Below, in pieces: positions 10,669 to 21,258 of a stretch of 64,000 nucleotides of DNA. Positions within the stretch are counted from its first letter, which is position 1. Every line of letters begins with the position of its first letter. The notes under the pieces were generated by a model. The model was not told the DNA's origin. It ran no database searches and saw only the letters and a program-made list of their open reading frames with translations. A program made the position numbers and the translations under genes. Location: NCBI GenBank assembly GCA_965116495.1, contig OZ220696.1, positions 3,712,001-3,776,000 on the forward strand, read 5' to 3'. Source of the DNA: Gammaproteobacteria bacterium. Lineage in GTDB: Bacteria > Pseudomonadota > Gammaproteobacteria > Eutrophobiales > Eutrophobiaceae.

Positions 10669-10845
10669 GTGCAAGCCTGATTATTCCGGATTATCATTAA
10701 AAATATAGCGCTTCAGCGACCTGAAACGCTTTCAACACGGCAGAATACATGACCGGCATGGAAATGTACAGTTGCATCATGCAACTCGGAGTTAACAGAC
10801 TGGCTTCCGGCGTGCGCCCCCGTCGTCCCTGCCTGTGCCCCCGCC

Positions 10846-10936
10846 GTCCCTGCGCAAGCAGGGACCCAGTGAAACAATGAGTCGCCCGCCGGGCGACACG
10901 ATATAATACTGGATGCCGGAGCAAGTCCGGCATGAC
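10846..10936. repeat. REP doublet (family E) with central GTCGCC..GGCGAC hairpin
   Basis: GTCCCTGCGCAAGCAGGGACCCAG...CTGGATGCCGGAGCAAGTCCGGCATGAC; same layout at 47456-47546 and 58185-58305. Confidence 0.75.
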
Positions 10937-11020
10937 GAACAGGGGCAGGGGTGACAGCGGTTGCAAGCCGGCGGATTTCTGCTTACAGTACTCGCGATAT
11001 ATTGTTCAAAGGATAAATGC

Positions 11021-12886
11021 ATGTCAGAGCAAATTGAGACGCCCATACTGGATGGGATTGATTCCCCCGATGATTTAAGGCGTCTGCCCGAGGATCAGCT
11101 GGAGCCGCTGGCGCAGGAAATGCGGGCGTTCCTGTTGCATTGGGCCAGCAGGAACAGCGGTCACTTCGCCGCCAGCCTGGGCGCGGTCGAGCTGACGCTT
11201 GCACTGCATTATATTTTCAATACACCTGACGACCGGCTGGTGTGGGACGTGGGCCACCAGGCCTACGGGCACAAGATCCTCACCGGGCGCCGCGACCGGC
11301 TGCATACCATCCGGAAACACGGCGGACTGGCGCCCTTCCCGAAACGTGACGAGAGCCCGTATGATACGTTTGGCGTAGGTCATTCGAGCACGTCCATCAG
11401 CGCCGCCCTGGGCATGGCCATCGCGGCCCGGAACACGGGAAGCGGGCGCAAAAGTGTCGCCATCATCGGCGACGGCGGGTTGACGGCCGGCATGGCTTTC
11501 GAGGCCCTGAACCATGCCGGTGACGCCGGGGCCGACCTGCTGGTGATATTGAATGACAATAACATGTCCATTTCCCCCAACGTCGGCGCACTGGCCAACC
11601 GCTTTGCCCAGGTGCTGTCCGGGAAGTTTTACACCACGGTGCGGGAGCGGGGCAGGAAGGTCCTGTCCCATGTACCGGGTGCCCTGGAGATATCGCGGCG
11701 CGCGGAGGAACACCTCAAGGGTATGATCGTTCCGGGGGTATTGTTCGAGGAGTTCGGTTTCAATTATATCGGCCCCGTTGACGGCCACCATCTGCCGACC
11801 CTGCTGACGACCATCCGCAACATCAGCCAGTTGGAAGGGCCGCAATTTCTCCATATCATCACCCGCAAAGGCAAGGGCTACGGCCCGGCGGAGGAAGACC
11901 CGGTGAAATGGCATGCGGTGAGCAAACCGTTCGACCCGGAGACGGGCAAGGCAGCAACCGGGAAGCCGGCGCAGCCGGCCAAACCGACCTACAGCCAGGT
12001 GTTCAGTGACTGGGTGTGCGACATGGCGGCCCGGGACGAGCGCCTGGTGGCGGTGACGCCGGCCATGCGCGAGGGCTCCGGGCTGGTGCGCTTCGAGCAG
12101 GAATACCCGGATCGTTATTTCGACGTGGCCATCGCCGAGCAGCACAGTGTAACCGTGGCCGCCGGGATGGCCTGCGACGGCCTGAAACCGGTGGTGGCGA
12201 TCTATTCTACCTTCCTGCAGCGGGCTTACGACCAGGTGGTGCATGACGTGGTGAACCAGAAACTGCCGGTGCTGTTCGCCATCGACCGGGCCGGCGTGGT
12301 CGGCGCAGACGGGCCCACCCATAACGGTTCCTACGATTTCAGTTACCTGCGCTGCCTGCCGCACATGGTGGTGATGGCGCCGGCGGATGAGAACGAGTGC
12401 CGGCAGATGTTGTATACGGGGTTTCTGCTGGACCAGCCGGCGGCGGTGCGCTATCCCCGCGGCAGCGGTCCCGGTGCGACGGTTGAGAAAGAGATGACGG
12501 CATTACCCCTGGGCAAGGGGGAGGTGCGCCTGCAGGGAGAAAAGATCGCGCTGCTTGCCTTCGGCAGCGCAGTGAAGCCGGCGCTGGAGGCCGGCGCCGA
12601 ACTGGGCGCGACCGTGGCGAACATGCGGTTTGTGAAACCGCTGGACGGGGAACTGGTCGCCGACCTGGCCGCGTCCCATGATTTGCTGGTTACGGTGGAA
12701 GAGAACGTAGTCCAGGGCGGGGCAGGGAGCGCGGTGAACGAATACCTCGCAGAGCAAGGGATAATACAACGGGTGCTCAACTACGGATTGCCGGATCGTC
12801 TGCTGCAACACGGTTCCCAGCAGGACATGCTGGAAGATGCGAAACTGACCGCGGCCGGGTTGCTGGAGTTTATCCGGCAGAGGTAG
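11021..12886 (+). CDS. dxs: 1-deoxy-D-xylulose-5-phosphate synthase
   Basis: [56 protein letters not shown]. Confidence 0.97.
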   Translation: MSEQIETPILDGIDSPDDLRRLPEDQLEPLAQEMRAFLLHWASRNSGHFAASLGAVELTLALHYIFNTPDDRLVWDVGHQAYGHKILTGRRDRLHTIRKHGGLAPFPKRDESPYDTFGVGHSSTSISAALGMAIAARNTGSGRKSVAIIGDGGLTAGMAFEALNHAGDAGADLLVILNDNNMSISPNVGALANRFAQVLSGKFYTTVRERGRKVLSHVPGALEISRRAEEHLKGMIVPGVLFEEFGFNYIGPVDGHHLPTLLTTIRNISQLEGPQFLHIITRKGKGYGPAEEDPVKWHAVSKPFDPETGKAATGKPAQPAKPTYSQVFSDWVCDMAARDERLVAVTPAMREGSGLVRFEQEYPDRYFDVAIAEQHSVTVAAGMACDGLKPVVAIYSTFLQRAYDQVVHDVVNQKLPVLFAIDRAGVVGADGPTHNGSYDFSYLRCLPHMVVMAPADENECRQMLYTGFLLDQPAAVRYPRGSGPGATVEKEMTALPLGKGEVRLQGEKIALLAFGSAVKPALEAGAELGATVANMRFVKPLDGELVADLAASHDLLVTVEENVVQGGAGSAVNEYLAEQGIIQRVLNYGLPDRLLQHGSQQDMLEDAKLTAAGLLEFIRQR

Positions 12887-12896
12887 GCGCCACAAC

Positions 12897-13064
12897 CATT
12901 CCCGCACAGGCAGGAATCCAATCGTCATACCGACGCAGGCCGGTATCCAGTGGATTCCTGCTTTCGCGGGCATGACGGTCGTCATACCGGCGCAGGCCAG
13001 GGTCCAGTGGATTCCTGCTTTCGCGGGCATGACGGTCGTCATACCGGCGCAGGCCGGTATCCAG
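12897..13064. repeat. BIME-like cluster of alternating family E REPs between convergent dxs and aepY
   Basis: GTCATACCGGCGCAGGCCGGTATCCAG x3 alternating with TGGATTCCTGCTTTCGCGGGCATGAC x2. Confidence 0.9.
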
Positions 13065-13068
13065 TAGA

Positions 13069-14232
13069 TTACTGCCCCAGGAAACTGGTATTGAAATGAC
13101 TCATCAAACGGCGCAGGACGTTTGCGGGTGAGGTGTCGGGGCGGGGCAGTTTACCCGGTGTGCCCGGTCTGATTTTCAGTACTGCGAAGCGCGCGCCGTC
13201 TATGTCCTTGCAGGCATACAGTTCCCTGATCACTCCCGGGCCGTTGCCGTCCAGGGCGAGGCCGTAGCCGCAGGCCGCGGCAATATCCGCAAAGCTGACG
13301 TTGGCCGAGACCGTGGCCTGTGCCCCGGTCGACTCGTGGACGCCGTTGTCCAGCAGAATATGCGCCAGGTTGTTTTGCCCATAACTGCCGATGGTGGAAA
13401 AGTTTCCCATGCGCATGAGAGCGCCGCCGTCCCCGTCGACAACGGTGACCTGCAGGTCCGGCCGCGACAGGGAGACACCCAGGGCAAAGGACGACGCACA
13501 GCCCATGGAACCCACCATGTAGACTTGGTTGCTGCGGTCGTCAATGGCGAACAACTCGCGCCCGGTGTAGCCCGTCGTCCCTACCAGGATAGAGTCCTGT
13601 ACGGGGGTATGGGTGATTATCTCCCTGAGCGCCTGTTCCCGCGTAGTGGAATTCAGCGGTTCCCCGGCAATACTCTCACGCCAGCATTGCACCCCTGTTC
13701 GGGAGGGTATCGACTCGCATTTCAACGGATGCGGGGCGATCGCACCCTGGTCCATAAGCAATGCGTACGGTCTTTGCCGCGCGTCAAAATACCGGGTCAT
13801 CCGTTCCAGCACGGGACCGATGTCCCGCTCTTCCGCCGGAAACGGTTCCCAGGGAATTTCCATCAGGTCGAACAGGTCGCCCGTGATTTTCCCCATCAGT
13901 TCATGCTGCGGCTCATCCCTGCTCCCCGGCTTGCCGCGCCGGGTAACAATCAGCAATACGGGAATGGAAAAAGTATGCGCCAGCGACGTCAACGGATTGA
14001 CCGCGTTGCCCAGTCCCGAATTCTGCATCATGGCCACGGCGCGCTGTCCCCCCACTGCCAGCCCGGCCGCGGCGGCAACCGCATCACCCTCATTGGCGGA
14101 AGAAATATAGGACAGATGATCATCGTTGATAATGTAGTTGATAAACGGTGTCAGGTAAGAACACGGCACCCCGGTATACCGGGTAAATCCATGCCCACGG
14201 GCCACCTCAATGAATGCTTCAGCATTTATCAT
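13069..14232 (-). CDS. aepY: Phosphonopyruvate decarboxylase
   Basis: GVPCSYL, ANEGDAVA, MQNSGLGNAVNPLTSL, DEPQHELMG, YMVGSMGCASS, DGDGGALMRMG. Confidence 0.93.
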   Translation of the reverse strand: MINAEAFIEVARGHGFTRYTGVPCSYLTPFINYIINDDHLSYISSANEGDAVAAAAGLAVGGQRAVAMMQNSGLGNAVNPLTSLAHTFSIPVLLIVTRRGKPGSRDEPQHELMGKITGDLFDLMEIPWEPFPAEERDIGPVLERMTRYFDARQRPYALLMDQGAIAPHPLKCESIPSRTGVQCWRESIAGEPLNSTTREQALREIITHTPVQDSILVGTTGYTGRELFAIDDRSNQVYMVGSMGCASSFALGVSLSRPDLQVTVVDGDGGALMRMGNFSTIGSYGQNNLAHILLDNGVHESTGAQATVSANVSFADIAAACGYGLALDGNGPGVIRELYACKDIDGARFAVLKIRPGTPGKLPRPDTSPANVLRRLMSHFNTSFLGQ

Positions 14233-14253
14233 TTTTCATCAGGACTCATAGGA

Positions 14254-14403
14254 GATTCATCCGCAGATTACCGCAGATTATTTTTTATTTTTCTGTAGTT
14301 TCGTATCCGGGCTGGTTATATTGCTACCGACTGAACTTAAGAAAAAAATCAAATCAAAATCATCATTTCATCTGCGTTCATCTGCGTCATCTGCGGATAA
14401 ATC
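14254..14403. repeat. CGCAGATT/ATCTGCG inverted short-tandem element (family C)
   Basis: GATTCATCCGCAGATTACCGCAGATT...ATCTGCGTTCATCTGCGTCATCTGCGGATAAATC; second copy 28561-28704. Confidence 0.85.
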
Positions 14404-14410
14404 ACCTTCC

Positions 14411-16036
14411 TCAATCCGAGGTAAAATCACCGGCCCTGTCTATATCATTGACGCTGTTCACATCCAGCCAGTGTCCGTTTATGTAGTGCACCGTAATAGT
14501 CCGACCCTGCCGGGTCAGGTGGTTGAGCAGGTCGGGCAGGGTCAGTTGATCAAATCCGGCCTGGTTTTCCAGTTCGTCCAGCGCCTGTTCCAGCCAGATT
14601 CTCCCTTGCGGCCTGACCCGCATCATCCCCGTCCAGCGGCCGGAGGGTGGGTTTGCCCCCGGGATTATCTCTCCCGCCATGCGTTGCAGACTGACATCCT
14701 GCATGAATATCGAGCGGTCGTCGGGCCGGTCACACCAGACATAATCCCGGGAACCGGTTTCGGTCACGTCGGTCAGGGAGTCCACGACGATGACTATTTC
14801 ACCGTCCCATTCCAGCAGGTCCTGCAGGATGTACGACCTGAACAGGAGGTCCCCGTAGATGATCAGCATATCATCGTTGAACTTGTCCCTGGCGCAGGCC
14901 AGTGAATAGAGCTCGCCCGTGCTGTCATAACGGGTATTCAGGCGCATATCGACACCACTCACGTCCAGGGATTCCGACTTGTAACCGGCGACGACCGTGA
15001 TGTCGTTGACGCCGTATTTTCTGAATTCATCAACCAGTCTCTGCAACAAGGGTTTGCCGCGTATTTTCAGCATTGCCTTGGGCCGGTCTTCGGTCAGTTC
15101 GTACAGGTTATTGCCCCGGCTTGCCGCCAGTACCAGTGCGCGGCATTCGCCGGTGTTATCCAGGTAACGTTCCTGCGCGCGCAGTAATTCATCCGCGCCC
15201 TGCAGCTTGAAGACGCTGTCCACGTCGGTGATGAGGTCTTCAACGTCAACCAGTGACTGCTGTTCGAAAATTTCCCTGCTTACGTTCTCCATGGTCCTGA
15301 TGGACGCGCGGATCATGTGGTTGGCCCAGATAACCAGGCTGATCCCGGCTTTCCTGAATACGTCCACGGGGGTGCTGTAATATTTTGTCGGCACGATTAC
15401 CAGGGGGCAGGCGCCGTCCCATTCCCGGGCGAAGGTAATGATTTCATCCGGGCGTGATTGCCTGCTGTGTATGAGGATGGCGTCGGCACCCGCCGCGCAA
15501 TAGGCCTCGGCCCGTCTCAGGGCTTCATCCATGCCCCAACCCGCGATCAGTGCCTCCACCCGCGCAATAATACAAAAATCAGGGTCTTGCAGGCTGTCCT
15601 TGCCTGCCCTGATCTTGCCGCAAAACTCATTGATATCGGCCAGGGCCTGTTTCTCGCTGTCTATGAAGCTGTTGGTCTTGGGGAATTCCTTATCTTCAAT
15701 ACAGACCCCGGCTATCCCGCGCTGTTCGAGTTTTCTGACCAGGCGCCGCATGTTGTTGAAATTGCCGTAACCGGTATCGCCATCGAGCAGGATCGGGATA
15801 TCCGTGGCGTCGGACATGAATTCCAGCATGTCGACGACCTGGGTCCAGCTTGCCTCATTACTGTCCCTGACACAGAACTGGGCCGACATGGCCAGGCCGC
15901 TCGCCCAGATACCCTTGAACCCTGCCTGCTGCACGAGTTTGGCCGAGATGCCGTTATGGGCTTCCAGGATGAATTCCAGCTCAGGTGAATTGAGCAAGTC
16001 GCGTAACTGTCGGCTTTTATTGTTTCTCAAGGTCAT
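14411..16036 (-). CDS. aepX: Phosphoenolpyruvate mutase fused to C-terminal NTP-transferase domain
   Basis: [15 protein letters not shown], PepM signature [10 protein letters not shown]; C-terminal LAASRG..DRPKAML..YGDLLF. Confidence 0.95.
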   Translation of the reverse strand: MTLRNNKSRQLRDLLNSPELEFILEAHNGISAKLVQQAGFKGIWASGLAMSAQFCVRDSNEASWTQVVDMLEFMSDATDIPILLDGDTGYGNFNNMRRLVRKLEQRGIAGVCIEDKEFPKTNSFIDSEKQALADINEFCGKIRAGKDSLQDPDFCIIARVEALIAGWGMDEALRRAEAYCAAGADAILIHSRQSRPDEIITFAREWDGACPLVIVPTKYYSTPVDVFRKAGISLVIWANHMIRASIRTMENVSREIFEQQSLVDVEDLITDVDSVFKLQGADELLRAQERYLDNTGECRALVLAASRGNNLYELTEDRPKAMLKIRGKPLLQRLVDEFRKYGVNDITVVAGYKSESLDVSGVDMRLNTRYDSTGELYSLACARDKFNDDMLIIYGDLLFRSYILQDLLEWDGEIVIVVDSLTDVTETGSRDYVWCDRPDDRSIFMQDVSLQRMAGEIIPGANPPSGRWTGMMRVRPQGRIWLEQALDELENQAGFDQLTLPDLLNHLTRQGRTITVHYINGHWLDVNSVNDIDRAGDFTSD

Positions 16037-16074
16037 TCGTCCGGCGCCTGCCTCCAGTCTATCCGGGGAGGTTT

Positions 16075-16098
16075 GGGGACGGACTTAAGTCCGTCCCC
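16075..16098. repeat. Family D palindrome
   Basis: GGGGACGGACTTAAGTCCGTCCCC perfect 24-bp palindrome followed by a duplicated GTCCCCAAAGCAAA. Confidence 0.85.
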
Positions 16099-16127
16099 AA
16101 AGCAAAGTCGTCCCCAAAGCAAATTCG

Positions 16128-16892
16128 TCATTCCGGCGCATGCCGGAATCCGGTCAAAACACTATTCTCATACATTTTCGCCGCGCGTTCCACGTCGGCG
16201 GGGAAATCTATCTCGATCCAGGCCTGGCCGGTGATATCCTCGAAGTAGAACAGGTGCGGCGTTTCCATCAGCAGGTCACGGATCACTTCTTCGTAAGGTT
16301 CTTCCCTCCGGTTATTATCGAGATAGCTGCGTGCCCGCAAGGCCAGGCGCCTGCACACCGCGGCGTCGAAACGGAAAAAACCCACCGATTCGCCCTGGAA
16401 ATCCCAGGCTATGCCCGGGTCCGGCCTTTTTCTGAATTCCACCGGTATTGTGCCTGACACGCACAGCTTTACCGGCTCGTCGCCTGGCTCAAATTCCCGA
16501 TCCAGCAGGAAACAGTTACTGAAATTCGTATTGAACAGGCGGCCCAGGACCTCCGGGTCGTACAGCACGTCGGCATCCATCAGGATGGTGTCTGTCCCGT
16601 CGGTCAAGAAATCCCGGGCGCAATGCAGGCTCACGACGCTGCCCGCCGCATAGTCCGGATTGACGACGGTTTCGACGCACGCACGGCTTTCGACCTGTTC
16701 CAGCGCCGCATCGATCTGTTCACGGCGGTAGCCGGTAACGATGATTATCCGGTCCGTACCCAGGCCGTCCAGGATTTCCACATGGCGCTGCAGCAGGGAT
16801 TTGCCGCCGAACTGCAGCAGGCATTTCGGCCGGCCCGCGGCAACCTCCCCCAGGCGCTTGCCGCGGCCCGCGGCGAGGATTATCGCTTTCAT
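16128..16892 (-). CDS. LicC/PntC-like (phosphonate/phosphocholine) cytidylyltransferase
   Basis: MKAIILAAGRGKRL, PKCLL, MDADVLYD, GESVGFFRF, WIEIDFPAD; directly upstream of PEP mutase. Confidence 0.85.
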   Translation of the reverse strand: MKAIILAAGRGKRLGEVAAGRPKCLLQFGGKSLLQRHVEILDGLGTDRIIIVTGYRREQIDAALEQVESRACVETVVNPDYAAGSVVSLHCARDFLTDGTDTILMDADVLYDPEVLGRLFNTNFSNCFLLDREFEPGDEPVKLCVSGTIPVEFRKRPDPGIAWDFQGESVGFFRFDAAVCRRLALRARSYLDNNRREEPYEEVIRDLLMETPHLFYFEDITGQAWIEIDFPADVERAAKMYENSVLTGFRHAPE

Positions 16893-18538
16893 GCGCGGCC
16901 GGAACGGTACTTGTTCATCAACTGTTGCGTGGACGAGTCATGGGACGTTTGCGTCTCAACGTTTGCCAGTTCCCCCGCGATGCGGCCCGCCAGGGTCTTA
17001 CCCAGTTCGACCCCCCACTGGTCGAAGGGGTTGATCCCCCAGATGGCGGCTTCGACAAAGGTCTTGTGTTCATACAGGGCCAGCAGCATGCCCAGGGTGT
17101 AGGGGTCGAGCCGGTCGTACAGGATGGTGGTGCTGGGCCTGTTGCCGTCGAAGTGCCGGTGGGGTTCGGCGGGATTGGCCTCGCCCCGCATCAGGGCTTC
17201 ACCCTGAGCCAGGCAGTTGGCGACCAGCAGTTCGTGTTGCCCGCCGGCGTGACGGCTCTCCAGGGGCAGCAGAAAGTCAATGGTTGACAAGCGCGTACCC
17301 TGGTGCAGGAACTGGAAAACGGCATGCTGCGAGTTGCTGCCGACGCCGCCCCAGATGACCTGGGAGGTCTTTGCCTCCACCCTGTTGCCGTGCGCGCTGA
17401 CCGACTTGCCGTTACTCTCCATGACCAGCTGGCTCAGGTACGCCGGCAGTCTTTCCAGCTTTTGATCATAGGGGATAACGGCATGGGCGCCGATGTCACA
17501 AAAATTGTTGTGCCAGATACCAATCAGGCCCAGGATGACGGGAATGTTGCCGCTGAATTCGGCTGTCGCGAAGTGTGAATCAAGCGCGTGCGCGCCGGCC
17601 AGGAACTGCCTGAAATTATCTTCCCCGATGCTGAGAGCGGCGCTCATGCCGACACAGGACCAGATCGAATAGCGCCCGCCGGTCCAGTCCTCGACCCTGA
17701 AGTAACGATCTTTATTGATGCCGAAGCGCTCGACCGCGGCGGCGTTGCCCGACACCGCCAGGAAGTGCCTGCCCGGGTCCTTGCAGCCGTTGTCCCGCAG
17801 CCAGGCTTGCGCGCGTTGCGCGTTGCGCAGGGTTTCCTGTGTCGTGAAGGATTTGGAAGCGACGATAAACAGCGTGGTTTCGGGATGCGCGCGCGCCAGG
17901 GCGCGCTCTATGTCGAAGGGGTCGATGTTGGCAACGAAGTCGATATGTATCCCGTCCTGGTGATAGTCGGACAGCGCCTCTACCAGAAGGCGCGGCCCCA
18001 GGTCAGAGCCGCCGATGCCGATGTTCACCACCCGGGACAGGGGTTTTCCCGTGGCGCCCTCCACCTCTCCGGCGCGTAATCTCTTCACGAACTCGAACAT
18101 CCTGTCCCGCTCCTGTCGCACTTGGCGGGCAATATCGGAGAATTCATGGTTGTCCCAAATTCCGTGTTCCGCAGGAAGGACGAGTTGCTCGTCGTTCCGG
18201 CCTGGTCTTTCTTCACCTTCCGGCACGCGCAACAGGGTATGCAGCGCGGGACGCCGTTCAGTGGTGTTGACCTCGTGACCTGAGAATAAGTCGTCGATCC
18301 GGTTGTGCAGGCCGCGCTGTTCGGCCAGGTCCAGCAACAGTGACAGGGTTTCATCGATGATGAGGTTCTTGGAGAAATCGACGAATACCCGTTCCAGACC
18401 CAGTGAAAACCGTTGTGCCCGCTCCGGATCCAGGGTAAATTCCTCGCGCAGGTGCAGCTGCGCTACCTGCCGCTGGTGTTCTGCAAGCAGGCGCCAGACC
18501 TCTGACTGTTCCGGCGGATTGTTGTTTTGTGCTGCCAT
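16889..18538 (-). CDS. pgi: Glucose-6-phosphate isomerase
   Basis: DFSKN, NIGIGGSDLGP, ASKSFTTQET, GGRYSIWS, QLVMESNGK, INPFDQWGVELGK; start could be 18580. Confidence 0.96.
   Translation of the reverse strand: MAAQNNNPPEQSEVWRLLAEHQRQVAQLHLREEFTLDPERAQRFSLGLERVFVDFSKNLIIDETLSLLLDLAEQRGLHNRIDDLFSGHEVNTTERRPALHTLLRVPEGEERPGRNDEQLVLPAEHGIWDNHEFSDIARQVRQERDRMFEFVKRLRAGEVEGATGKPLSRVVNIGIGGSDLGPRLLVEALSDYHQDGIHIDFVANIDPFDIERALARAHPETTLFIVASKSFTTQETLRNAQRAQAWLRDNGCKDPGRHFLAVSGNAAAVERFGINKDRYFRVEDWTGGRYSIWSCVGMSAALSIGEDNFRQFLAGAHALDSHFATAEFSGNIPVILGLIGIWHNNFCDIGAHAVIPYDQKLERLPAYLSQLVMESNGKSVSAHGNRVEAKTSQVIWGGVGSNSQHAVFQFLHQGTRLSTIDFLLPLESRHAGGQHELLVANCLAQGEALMRGEANPAEPHRHFDGNRPSTTILYDRLDPYTLGMLLALYEHKTFVEAAIWGINPFDQWGVELGKTLAGRIAGELANVETQTSHDSSTQQLMNKYRSGRA
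18141..18161. repeat. Family A repeat arm embedded in frame in pgi
   Basis: AATTCATGGTTGTCCCAAATT, 20/21 identical to intergenic AATTCATGGGTGTCCCAAATT. Confidence 0.8.
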
Positions 18539-18719
18539 AGGGGAAATCCCTGTATTATAGTCACGACTTAAATCTACCATTCAACTGATTATATCGGAAC
18601 CTGGCCTTAATGGATGATTTTCAAACAAAATCGGGTGAAGCCCGGATATCGGGAGACCTGACCCTGTATTACCGGGAAAGCGGCAAGGGTTTGCCGCATC
18701 AGCGGGGTCCGGCCCTTAG

Positions 18720-20081
18720 TCAGCGGGCCTTTCTGAAGCGCAAGCCATACATCAGGCGCCCGTAGAAGTTGAACCACTTGCGCGCTGCGGAATCCTGGAA
18801 CGGGTAGTCCGCGCCGAGCTGTCTCGCGGTAACCAGGCCGGTCACGAAACAGGTCTCCTGGCTGTTGATCAAGGTGTGGGCGCCACAGTGCCAGGTGCGC
18901 CGCCTGCCCTGGACAAATCGAAACAAGTGGACCAGGAAAGCCACGTGACGCACGTCGTGCACGATGTGCTGAAACCACCATTTCCTGATGATCTTTCCTT
19001 CCTCGATACGACTGATCGGATTATAGGTCACCAGGCATGGCTTGTCCGAGCGCTTCGCCCACGGCTGCTGGTTGTGCATGATGTAGGTAATCTCGTAGTT
19101 GTCCGGCCTGGCGCCGTACTGCTCGATATGGTTGCTGCGGGTGTCCAGCGCCTTGACCGCGCTGTCCGGGAGAACCGAGGCGTCCGAATGGATGACCGTA
19201 TGGTTGTGCAATTCGCTCTCGTACCGGATCGAAGACAGCAGGAAGCTCTCCAGCAAGGTCGGTTCGTCCAGGATCATCAGCGTTTGATTCGCGTTGCACG
19301 CAAAAACCACATCGTCGAACGTCTCCGTCTCCCCGTTCTCATCCTCTACGACGACATCGGACGGTCCCCGGCGCACTTTCCGGACCGGGCGGTCCAGGTA
19401 GATCCTGTCCTCAAAGTCCGCCGACATGGCTTCATAAATACGTCGCGTGCCCCCGCCCCAGGTCTGCATCGGCGTTGCAGTTTCGATATCGAAGAACTCC
19501 AGGTAGCGGGAAAACAGGGACGCGGGCATGTCGAACACGTTTGTCGCCATCAAGAAGTTAACGAACATGGGTTTCAGTATCTTGTACCTGAAATCGCCTG
19601 AAAACCTGCCGACGTTGAGGACCGTACCCATGCTGACGTAATTGAACGGGTTGAGCGCGTTGAGCAAGCGGGACCTGGACTTGTTGAGCCGGCCAAACCA
19701 TTTCAGGCGCCTGAGCAGGTTCTGGAATTTCTCAATCTCCGGTTGTAACTGCCTCCTGATGTCGGAGTCGAAATCGTGGGCATAGACGCCGCCGTGATAC
19801 TTCACGCTGTAGCTGAACCTGGTATCGACCAGGTCGATGCCGTGCTGCCGCATGAACAGGAGAATATGATGGTATACCGAGGGGATGCACGCGGTTACGG
19901 AAATATCGAACGGGATTGAGGAGCCGTCGTCCTGCGGCATGTCCACGGTAATGGCGTTGCCGCCGATCCGGGACTGCGCCTCAAACACTCGAAAATCGAA
20001 GCGATCGGGGTGACGATGCAGCGCCCAGGCTACCCCGAGACCTGAAACTCCTGCACCGATAATGGCAATTTTTTTGGGCAT
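18720..20081 (-). CDS. FAD-dependent oxidoreductase (amine oxidase-like family)
   Basis: IAIIGAGVSGL, FEAQSRIGGNA, VQGRRRTWHCGA, SQETCFVTGL. Confidence 0.8.
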   Translation of the reverse strand: MPKKIAIIGAGVSGLGVAWALHRHPDRFDFRVFEAQSRIGGNAITVDMPQDDGSSIPFDISVTACIPSVYHHILLFMRQHGIDLVDTRFSYSVKYHGGVYAHDFDSDIRRQLQPEIEKFQNLLRRLKWFGRLNKSRSRLLNALNPFNYVSMGTVLNVGRFSGDFRYKILKPMFVNFLMATNVFDMPASLFSRYLEFFDIETATPMQTWGGGTRRIYEAMSADFEDRIYLDRPVRKVRRGPSDVVVEDENGETETFDDVVFACNANQTLMILDEPTLLESFLLSSIRYESELHNHTVIHSDASVLPDSAVKALDTRSNHIEQYGARPDNYEITYIMHNQQPWAKRSDKPCLVTYNPISRIEEGKIIRKWWFQHIVHDVRHVAFLVHLFRFVQGRRRTWHCGAHTLINSQETCFVTGLVTARQLGADYPFQDSAARKWFNFYGRLMYGLRFRKAR

Positions 20082-20117
20082 GGCGGGTCCCCGCTTCATC
20101 GCCGAGCTTGCGGCGCA

Positions 20118-20354
20118 TTACCAGTCTTCCCTGGTCAACGATACCCATTGCATCTCCGCCAGGGCCTCGTCGACGTGAGATGATTCCTCGGCGTAAACTG
20201 CATCAAGCGACTCTCGCACCCCGTCGTGCCTATGCGCCTGAATGTAATTCTCCAGTGCGTGACGAAAAAGCTCACTTCTCGACATGCCCATGCGTTCAGC
20301 CAGTGATTCGGCGATATGGAATAACGAGTCAGGGATGGAAATTGCCGTCTTCAT
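20118..20354 (-). CDS. Ribbon-helix-helix antitoxin (ChpI/MazE-type), orphan
   Basis: MKTAISIPDSLF..LAERMGMSRSELF..LDAVY..EDW. Confidence 0.85.
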   Translation of the reverse strand: MKTAISIPDSLFHIAESLAERMGMSRSELFRHALENYIQAHRHDGVRESLDAVYAEESSHVDEALAEMQWVSLTREDW

Positions 20355-20361
20355 ACTTTGA

Positions 20362-20379
20362 GTATAACTTCAGTTATAC
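20362..20379. promoter_or_regulatory. Probable antitoxin autoregulatory operator
   Basis: Palindrome GTATAACT-TC-AGTTATAC 7 bp upstream of the antitoxin ATG. Confidence 0.6.
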
Positions 20380-20396
20380 CGCTCGGCAACACTTAA

Positions 20397-20618
20397 GGAA
20401 CCTCTGATTAAGTCAGAGGTTCCGACGGTACAGGGATGTGCCGTCAAAATCAATGGCTATATGTCATTGATTTTGGGAGCAAAATAAAATCGCATTTTTG
20501 TTTTCACTCGCTACATCCTGGTAGCTCGCCGCAAGGCGGCAACAAGTTGTGCAAATCGGCTATCCTGCCGATTTGTGCGTGCTCTGACAAGTCTCGGATG
20601 GACTTGATCAGAGCTTCC
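20397..20618 (+). mobile_element. MITE family 1 (IS5-like ends), 222 bp
   Basis: TIRs GGAACCTCTGATTAAGTC / GACTTGATCAGAGCTTCC, no transposase; copies at 31383-31535 and 43617-43836. Confidence 0.85.
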
Positions 20619-20841
20619 ATTATATAAATACTCCGTTATTCAGTAAGTTATATAATATTATGGCGCCCTGAAGGGTAGAACCTGTTATGTAAGTATTTGA
20701 TTGAGCCGAATATTATTCATCAGGATTTATTGCATCCCAACCATCGTACCAACATTTTTTTGGCCATTACAAGCGGATTATCTGCCAGGTGTCATTGGAC
20801 CGGATGACAGCGGTAAAGACTACAGAACAAACCAAGCTTGG

Positions 20842-21258
20842 TTAGGCGATCTCTGCGGTTAATCTGTCAGCAACGATTTGCGCGGTTCGAATCAATGCAT
20901 CCAGCAATCCGGTATCTATGTCAAGATCGCCCTCGTATTCCGCCAGATTACGTTTCCGGTGCGCCTGCTCAAGAATACGCCACTGTTCGTTCGCAATATC
21001 CAGGGTGTGCTTGAGACACTGGAACACAATGTACCGATTCTCTCCCCTGTACCCCAACCTGCGTAGCGCCGCGTGTGACAACGCATGTGCCGCGTTGTAT
21101 GCGAGGTCGAACCGTGACTCGATACTAAGCGATTTATCTTTTGCGTCATGGAGTCTGGCAAGACCGGAGCGCATCAACCCGGCCACCTCTCTCTCCGAAG
21201 ACGGCTCGGCTTTAAGGTGGCCGGTCTTTACCAGGTTGTTTAACTGTTCATGCGGCAC
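20842..21258 (-). CDS. HEPN-like protein (partner of MNT)
   Basis: 138 aa helical; RFDLAYNAAHAL, HRKRNLAEYEG; overlaps upstream MNT gene. Confidence 0.75.
   Translation of the reverse strand: MPHEQLNNLVKTGHLKAEPSSEREVAGLMRSGLARLHDAKDKSLSIESRFDLAYNAAHALSHAALRRLGYRGENRYIVFQCLKHTLDIANEQWRILEQAHRKRNLAEYEGDLDIDTGLLDALIRTAQIVADRLTAEIA

Noticed and set aside
12897-13064. Possible CRISPR array
   Set aside because: Alternating inverted REP units with near-identical intervening sequence; no unique spacers and no cas genes
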